Notes under the pieces: generated by a model
The model's database searches: none
The model's input: only the letters and a program-made list of their open reading frames with translations
Told to the model about the DNA's origin: nothing
Shown here: positions 23,050 to 37,053 of the stretch, in pieces
Layout of the letters: the number at the start of each line of letters is the position of its first letter
How positions within the stretch are numbered: position 1 is the first letter of the stretch
Assembly (NCBI GenBank): GCA_002269645.1
Contig: NIVC01003524.1
Coordinates: 1-37,053 of the forward strand
Reading direction: 5' to 3'
DNA from: Macrostomum lignano
Taxonomy: Eukaryota
DNA: 37,053 bases
Position numbers and translations under genes: made by a program

Positions 23050-24461
23050 CAACTGAGCTCTGCAATTTTTCCCCTAATGCTTGTTCGTGAGCCCTGCCGA
23101 GAACTTCTCCTGGTGCTCCGCTAATCGGCAGTGCGCGGCCATCGGAAGGGAGCTCGCCAACTCGTACGAGACCGTCAAGAGCATCAGGATTGGAAACGTC
23201 CCCAATGCTAGCAGGTGCAACTGTCGGCTGTGGCTCGGAATCAGCGACCTGGCCGACGAAAGGGCGGATAGAAAGGATGGTTGGCAGAGGATCAATGGAA
23301 ACGGGATTTTTCCAACAGATACAAGCCTCTTTAGAAGCGGAGAACCTTCGAAGGAAGGGAAGCAAAACTGCATTCGAACGACTACAAAAATGCTCTTGGT
23401 TCGTGTCGAATGCGAGAGAGTTCGCGGATTTGTGTGCGAGTTCCGAAGCCCTGGGAGCTACGAGGCCGATTCGGGGAGTCTGTAGTCTTCAGCGACCAGA
23501 AACTCAAATCCGAGTACTGCTTCTCCGATTTAGCGCAGGTGAGCAGCGCTATCGAGTGCACTGCTGCTGCAATGAGTGCCAAACGTACATCACGGTACGT
23601 ACTGTGCAACCGCAAGCTGAGGACCTGCCGCCTGCTGCACTTCACGGAGTATCAAACTCCTCAAAATGTTGGACTCCACCAACAAAATCACCCTTAAGTG
23701 AGTTCAAGGGCATGTGGGGATCCGAGGAAATGAGTTGGCTGACGCTCTTGCAAAAGTTGGCGCCTCCGGCTCCTCTCTCGGTCCCGAACTCCTTGTCCCG
23801 ATTCCCGGCTGTGTCATCGACTCGCGCATCAAAGCGTGGATCAGGACCCAGCACCACTCGACTTGGGCGAACTGCGCTACCTGCAGGCAATCCAGAGGCG
23901 CTGTCACTCAGCCCTCTCACCAGCTCCGGAAGCTCCTCTTGCGCCTCTCGCGCAGAGACATCCGGGCTGCCATCATGACCCTCTCTGGTCACGGCTGCTT
24001 CTCCAGGCACCAGTACCTGCAGGGCAACGCCACCAACGCCACCTGTAGTTTCTGCAACTCAGGTGACGAAACCGCTGAGCATTTCGTCAGCATCTTTCCC
24101 GCCTTTACGCGAGCCAGACTCACTTACCTCGGGCCACACACATCTATTACTGAAGCGTGCAAACCCGAAAACTTTAATCAGCCCATGCGCTACCTCCGGG
24201 CCACCCGCAGGGCTGAACTCTCCTTTCCAGAGAGCACTATAGCTGCTGGCGACACTGGGGGACCTCCCTGAGCGGCGCCAACCCTTCGTCAATAGCGACG
24301 CGTCGGCCGCTAGGGATTAGCGGAATGGGCGTTCGCGCCTTCCCGCTGTGTCCCCCCCGGGCCAGCCCTGCAGCTAAGTCAAAGCCAAGCACTTCACGGA
24401 CGCTCCAGTGGAAGGGGAGATCCAGGCGGATCCTGACTGGATCAAGTTCAGGCTGGTCTGA
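23050..24461 (+). pseudogene. C-type lectin domain + PAN/Apple-like domain gene, interrupted by a LINE insertion
   Basis: CTLD: FSWCSANRQCAAIGRELA...LWLGISD...GEPSKEGKQNCI...VEC...FVCE. After a -1 shift near 23467: VSSAIECTAAAM...YVLCNRKLRTCRLLHFT. Removing 23649-24388 plus one TSD copy continues the frame as DAPVEGEIQADPDWIKFRLV* (stop 24459-24461). Another -1 shift near 23085. The 5' end is uncertain. Confidence 0.75.
23649..24388 (+). mobile_element. 5'-truncated non-LTR retrotransposon (RNase H-bearing, I/LOA/R1-like), 740 bp
   Basis: RNase H C-terminus KITLK*VQGHVGIRGNELADALAK, then LSGHGCFSRH and zinc knuckle CSFCNSGDETAEHF; ORF stop at 24271. Flanked by a perfect 12-bp direct repeat GCACTTCACGGA at 23637-23648 and 24389-24400. 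Confidence 0.92.
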
Positions 24462-24891
24462 TGGCTCTGCAAGCGTTCTGATGACAATTCTTCGGAAATC
24501 TGGTTTTCCAAGCTTTTCGTACTGAAAAAAGCTGAGGTTACAAAACTGAGCAATAAATCTTATGGATCACTACTGGCTATCGCTTTATAACGAAAAGTTT
24601 TGTGTTCAGGGATATTTATTAAGTACGAGTAGTCGAAAACTTTATTGCAAAAACAGCCTTTACATACTACTGAATAATTTTAAGTAGTCTTGTCTGCCTA
24701 AAACCTTCCTGCAATGCTTTGCAAGACATTCTCTACACTGTAATTAGAAGAAACGTTGTTCGTGTTAATGCAATAGAGAAAGTTCACATTAGCTACAGTA
24801 TAACAATAAATATTTGTTTCAGACAGACCATATAAAACCAGCACAGAAGTAAAAAGTAGACAAAATATCCTTCATGAGTTGGTTCAAAATA

Positions 24892-25615
24892 GACCTTTTT
24901 CTAATCTAGCTTGCCAAAACTGCAATCAATTTTGCCCGGGTAAAAATAACACTTATAATTTTGCTGTCCATGCCAAGTCCGCTCAGTCATGACCAGAGTT
25001 TCAGCCACAGACAACTCTTTAAAAACTGCAATCAATTTTGCCAAAACTGCGACCTAGTTTGCCCATAGCAAAGAAAACACCACAGACATACATAGCAAGA
25101 TCAAAGAATGGCCCAGTGTGGACCTTATAACAGGATCTCAGCGAAGGACCGGCAGCGATTGATTCAAGCATATCAGGATGGAGAGGACTGGCAAGATTTC
25201 GGTAGGCTGTTGGGCATCTCACGAAGAACCGTGACTTACATAGTTGGACAATTCAACGCAACCGGTCGTATAGAGCCTCTGCCTCGCGGAGGTGCCAAGC
25301 GGAGGTCCCTTAACAATGCTATGATTGAGAGCATTGTGCCTACGTCTACCATTATAAACTCGCTGTTTATTGTTCACTTTTACAGTTTATTTCGTCACAC
25401 TTCCGAATTGATTCTCAATAAAAATCCTTCTTGGCTTGCTATGGGCAAACTAGGTCGCAGTTTTGGCAAAATTGATTGCAGTTTTCAAAGAGTTGTCTGT
25501 GGCTGAAACTCTGGTCATGACTGAGCAGACTTGGCCTAGATAGCAAAATTATAAGTGATATTTTTCCGCGGGCAAAATTGATTGCAGTTTTGGCAAACTA
25601 GATCGCAAAAAGGTA
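24892..25615 (+). mobile_element. Non-autonomous Tc1/mariner element, 724 bp, with 180-bp TIRs and a truncated transposase N-terminus
   Basis: TIRs 24892-25071 and 25436-25615 are near-identical inverted copies, with TA on both flanks (24890-24891, 25616-25617). The internal ORF from 25108 encodes an HTH-like RISAKDRQRLIQAY..LGISRRTVTYIV..G....PRGG, truncated after ~77 codons. Confidence 0.9.
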
Positions 25616-26284
25616 TATTTTTTGCAGAAAAAAAATTGTCATGAATATGGAATTGTCGCAGAGCATTAAAATTAATAGCAGTTACTATTACGGTAGTCTT
25701 TGAGCCGAAAAATTACAACTGAAAGATAAAAAAATACTTTGAAAATCGATGTACTTTTTTGTAGTTGAAAAACCCAACTTTTGGACTTGCAGACTTAGAT
25801 TACCCTTTGTTTTAACGAAACCATTTTTAAATTAGAGCAATCAGGAGGGTCCAGCGCACAAATGACCACTATGCTAAAAATTCGGCATTAGTACTTCAAA
25901 CTTACGAACGCACAGAAAATGTAGCTGGAATGTACGGGATATTGTTGTGTACTTTTAAAAGGCTTAAACTTTATGAACATTTTAAGTATCTTTGTGCTTC
26001 TCAAATGAACTTTCAAGTTTTATGATTTAAAATCTGAATAACTCGTCATAGAAAATTTCAAAACGCAGCCGCAGCTTAGGAGGTTAAAATAATATTTTTA
26101 AAAAATATTAATCAAGTCACGATAAAAAAAGAAAAAAAAATACAATACACTGTCACAAAGTTTTAAGACAATAAGTTTGAATTAGTACATTACTCTCTCA
26201 GTTGATGCTTTATCCGCCAAAGGAAAGCGAAAAATCAAAGCCGAGTCCAAACGTTTAGCTCAGGTTTTGGACTCACCGATGACT

Positions 26285-27067
26285 CTACGAGCGTAGAAGT
26301 CGCTCCAGCTTCTCCGTGACACACCGGATCTTCTCCTCGTCCTGCGACTCCATGGCAACGCGTCGTTCATCCCTGATTGTCTTCATCTGCTCCAGGCAGA
26401 ACTTCACGTGCTCACGGCTGTCGCTGTAGTGAGCCAGGGCGTGCATCTCCTCCAATTCTGGGTCTTCCTGCAGCTCCTCCAAATCTGGGTCTTCCTGCAG
26501 CTCCTCCAATTCTGGGTCTTCCTGCAGCTCCTCCAAATCTGGGTCTTCCTGCAGCTCCTCCAAATCTGGGTCTTCCTGCAGCTCCTCCAAATCTGGGTCT
26601 TCCTGCAGCTCCTCCAATTCTGGGTCTTCCTGCAGCTCCTCCAAATCTGGGTCTTCCTGCAGCTCCTCCAATTCTGGGTCTTCCTGCAGCTCCTCCAAAT
26701 CTGGGTCTTCCTGCAGCTCCTCCAATTCTGGGTCTTCCTGCAGCTCCTCCAAATCTGGGTCTTCCTGCAGCTCCTCCACCCACGCGTCGAATGAGATTTC
26801 AGGTGCGCGATTGCGGAGCAGCTCAGCTTGCAGACTCCAGCCAAGGCAGCGGAAGTTCACGTACAGGTGGGAGGAGCGAGGCTGCGAAGGTCTGGCTGTG
26901 AGCAGAGACTGGGTGAACTCGGGCAGAAATCGAAAGCGAGGCGGCGGAGAGTCGAAGGGAAGGCAGAATCTCCAGGCCCAGTCAAAGTCAGTTCGTGTAA
27001 ACTTGGAATTCTTAATTTCGGCCGGTTTCCAGCTTCTCTTGACTTGGAAATTCTCACAATCACAATC
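26285..27067 (-). CDS. Unassigned ORF (~260 codons, no ATG upstream of the repeat; probably an exon) containing 12 in-frame EELQEDP(D/E)L repeats
   Basis: The frame is open from ~27067 to TAG at 26285-26287, with GC3-rich codons after the repeat (HALAHYSDSREHVKFCLEQMK...). A strong donor gtgagt lies at 26271-26276, just past the stop. Start and upstream exons are unresolved. Confidence 0.5.
   Translation of the reverse strand, partial: DCDCENFQVKRSWKPAEIKNSKFTRTDFDWAWRFCLPFDSPPPRFRFLPEFTQSLLTARPSQPRSSHLYVNFRCLGWSLQAELLRNRAPEISFDAWVEELQEDPDLEELQEDPELEELQEDPDLEELQEDPELEELQEDPDLEELQEDPELEELQEDPDLEELQEDPDLEELQEDPDLEELQEDPELEELQEDPDLEELQEDPELEEMHALAHYSDSREHVKFCLEQMKTIRDERRVAMESQDEEKIRCVTEKLERLLRS
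26453..26776 (-). repeat. 27-bp coding tandem repeat, 12 copies
   Basis: Unit GAGGAGCTGCAGGAAGACCCAGA(T/A)TTG; variant order D,E,D,E,D,E,D,D,D,E,D,E. Confidence 0.95.
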
Positions 27068-27560
27068 TCACAATCTCACTTAGAATACAATACATCTTGT
27101 AAGCCATTCATACCACTGAACTGACTCAAAATCGCCGAGCATGCATCAAATTGAACAAGAGGACCGCACTGAGGATCTAGAGTATTGCACGCGAAGCAAT
27201 CACTGGAGCTGCGTCTTTATTTTATTTAATGAACCAAGGTACCATCGCAAAAATCAGTAACAGATAATCGTTTATTGATTCTTTAAAAAATTACTTCAAT
27301 AAAATGACAAACGGTTTTACTATTTCTGTTACTAACGGCTACTAATTTAATCTTCCATTAATTAGTCACGATATTGTTCTCTCTAAAGGTTTTACTGCTA
27401 GATATCAGGAAAATGGGTCATAAAAATGATGTTTTGATTAGCGAAAAGAGATATAACATTTACTTCTTGTTGATTCAGACCTTTGTTTTGTGTACTTTTG
27501 CAGTTTCATACTTGTACGATCAACTTCCAAAAAAGCCACTTCAGGCCCGAGCTCGAGACG

Positions 27561-34897
<7,337 letters not shown>

Positions 34898-36639
34898 CTG
34901 CAATAAGATATAATTAAACGCTGTTAGTAATTGTGCAAAATGTTGCAAAATTTCGCAAAAATGCAATCTTACAAGAAAGCCTTTTTAAATAAAATATTAA
35001 ATGCACACATCCATTAACGAAGTAATCAGTCTTCGGTTGTCAACGAAAAAAATCAATCACTTCTTGCTGTCTATTATACTGGCGTTGTTAGTTTTCGTTC
35101 TTTTTGCTGCCTAAATAGAGACTGTGACTTTCTTGCCTCTCCAACGGGGGCGCAGATTTCTAGTTACTATACTAAGCAGAGATATCTAGCTTTATCTTTT
35201 AACTATAGCCACTTTGCGCATTATATTACCGTATGTTCGTGCAATTGTTTCAGTTAAAAGTGTCAAGTGTCTTTTCTACTCATTTTTATCACCCCACTTG
35301 GCCACGCTGTCGTGTCCCCTCGCATCTAGAGGTCGCAGTCTTAATTTGACAAACCTGCTACCAACGGACACTGTGACGTTACTAGTGTGGCGGCCTCGAG
35401 AATAAGCGAAGGCAATTGAAGCGGCAGAGGCAAATTGTAACGGTAGCACTAGGCAATAATATTAGTTAACGTTAATGCGACCGGCTGTGGACTTGGTTTA
35501 TTGTCAACAGAAATACAAGTTGGATTCGTAACAATGCACTGGCGGCTACACAACAACAAGTTAGATAGCTTAGGTAGTAGAAGTGCGTGGCCGAGAGTGG
35601 CAGAGGCGTGGCTAGAACCGTGGCGGAACGAGGCGGAGAGAGAAGGCAAGTAAACAAGTAAAGGCGGCAAGAGTCTGCAAGTCTACACGGCTCGCCAGGG
35701 TGGCGGCGGAGCAAAGGAGTCAAACAGGGTGCCAGAGTGCAAAGGCTCTAAACAGGGGTCTGAACGGGGCCTACGGCCAGACAGAACTGATAAGGAGCGG
35801 CTGGGGATGGCGCGCGAGAGAAATTAGTATAAATAATGCGCGGCTTTTCTATTGGCCGACTAAGAAAAACAGAAACCGAAATTATCGATCACGCGCTGTA
35901 CGCCGGGTTTACAATTGTACGCAGCTGATTAAAATTCTTAGGGCACTACTTTAGGCAGACGTGAGAATACGAAACCAGTAATATTAAAGATTGGTACCGT
36001 ATGTCAAAACGGCCCTTGGTGGGGCTACGTAAACTGACAACGTCACAGACACCAACGACCTCGATAATTATCTGGGCGCGATTCGCATTTGTTAAATATT
36101 TATTGACGGCCTGACAAACTGCCTGAAAGACAGGCCAAGATAATTTGAGAAAGAGATAAAACTTTGGTCACTCAGTGTAAAGCATAAAGCAATTTTGCAC
36201 GGTCCTGTTAAATAGCATAGGCGTCTGATTCTTTGAAAAGATATTACAAAGCTGTTACCTCACAGAGCTGCACTGCTACAGATGCACCCATAGCCTTCGT
36301 GGAAAGCTAAGATTATGGTTTTAAGCTGCCATGAACACCCGAAACTTGATTGTCATGCATCAATCAGTCATAAAAATTCCGACTTTTGCTACAGAGTATT
36401 TCAAATTTTATAAACATAAATAATTAAATTGGAGGCCTCGTTGATGGCTTTTCGAAGCAAAACCTGGCTACAAAAGTCTCAATATAGGTATCCAAATTAA
36501 TTTAATGACGTTTCTAGGGCAGACGATGCGCAATTTTATAAAATAGCAAGCAAAAATTATTCAACGCAAAAGCTAACTGCGCTGTTTATCTGCGCTGCGT
36601 TCTACGATTCTTACGGTGGCGTAATAAAAACCCCAATAG

Positions 36640-37030
36640 GCGCTACCAGACAATCTACGTGCTGTTTTAGGAAACTTGTTCGGTGATCGATGATCATTAA
36701 TTTTTTAACACCAGAGTTGAAAACTGACGGCTGCAGGCTAACTTCTTTACTGGCGATGCTGCAGGCTCTGACTCATTGGTCACAGTCAGCACAACTTTCA
36801 GAGAGCCTCCTCCACCATCAATTCCAATCTTGACAAAGCTGTTCTCGATGCCACGCTCGGCAAATACAATTTAGCAAACCTTGAATCGAGCAGATCACGG
36901 CTGGCCTTGTCCCGAAACCTCCTGAATCTGTCCAGATGAACGTATGAATGGCAGCTGAAACTAACGTGAAGAAGCTTGTTAGGCAGCAGCCTCTCTTCTG
37001 CAGCTCTTCACGAAGGTTAGGCTCGATCAC
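36640..37030 (-). mobile_element. Degenerate DDE-type transposase fragment, Chapaev/Transib-like (inferred)
   Basis: Joining frames gives EPNLREEL...SFF...RPAVICSIQGLLN../IVFAERGIENSFVKIGIDGGGGSLKVVLTV.../NSGVKKLMII. I recognise KIGIDGGGGxLKV and SGVKKLxI as motifs of invertebrate transposase-like proteins. It contains stops and frameshifts. Confidence 0.55.
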
Positions 37031-37053
37031 ATGCCGGCCTGCACCTAACCTAA

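Noticed and set aside
26285-26460. SHCBP1/Nessun dorma assignment from EHVKF and RCV..L similarity
   Set aside because: The resemblance is limited to a few residues; not supportable without a search.
35472-35560. Signal-peptide exon for the Ig gene (LLRIQLVFLLTINQVHS)
   Set aside because: No in-frame ATG and no convincing phase-compatible donor.

Overview
Eukaryotic (metazoan, invertebrate-style) genomic DNA with GT-AG introns, GC-rich coding exons, AT-rich spacers and many simple repeats. The style resembles free-living flatworms such as Macrostomum, but that is inference only. Genes reconstructed by hand: a single-exon DH-PH (RhoGEF-like) gene (+, ~1317-3148); a 7-exon WD40 gene (-, 8426-13868) whose introns hold large minisatellites; a bacterial-type alkyl/aryl sulfatase of the SdsA1/YjcS metallo-beta-lactamase family (-, 16056-17965, one intron); an orphan two-TM gene (+, 20154-21317); a C-type lectin + PAN/Apple-like gene broken by a 740-bp LINE insertion with a 12-bp target-site duplication (+, ~23050-24461); an ORF with a 27-bp coding VNTR (-, 26285-~27067); and a 13+-exon laminin-EGF + ~9 Ig-domain gene (-, 27561-34897) whose last intron is mostly (CAGA)n. 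Transposon relics: THAP, two Tc1/mariner derivatives, a hAT MITE, an RNase H-bearing LINE and a Chapaev/Transib-like transposase. Four unrelated genes carry single-base frameshifts, mostly losses from short homopolymers, which most likely reflect assembly consensus errors. No rRNA, tRNA or CRISPR array was recognised. All family assignments come from motif recognition by eye, not database searches.
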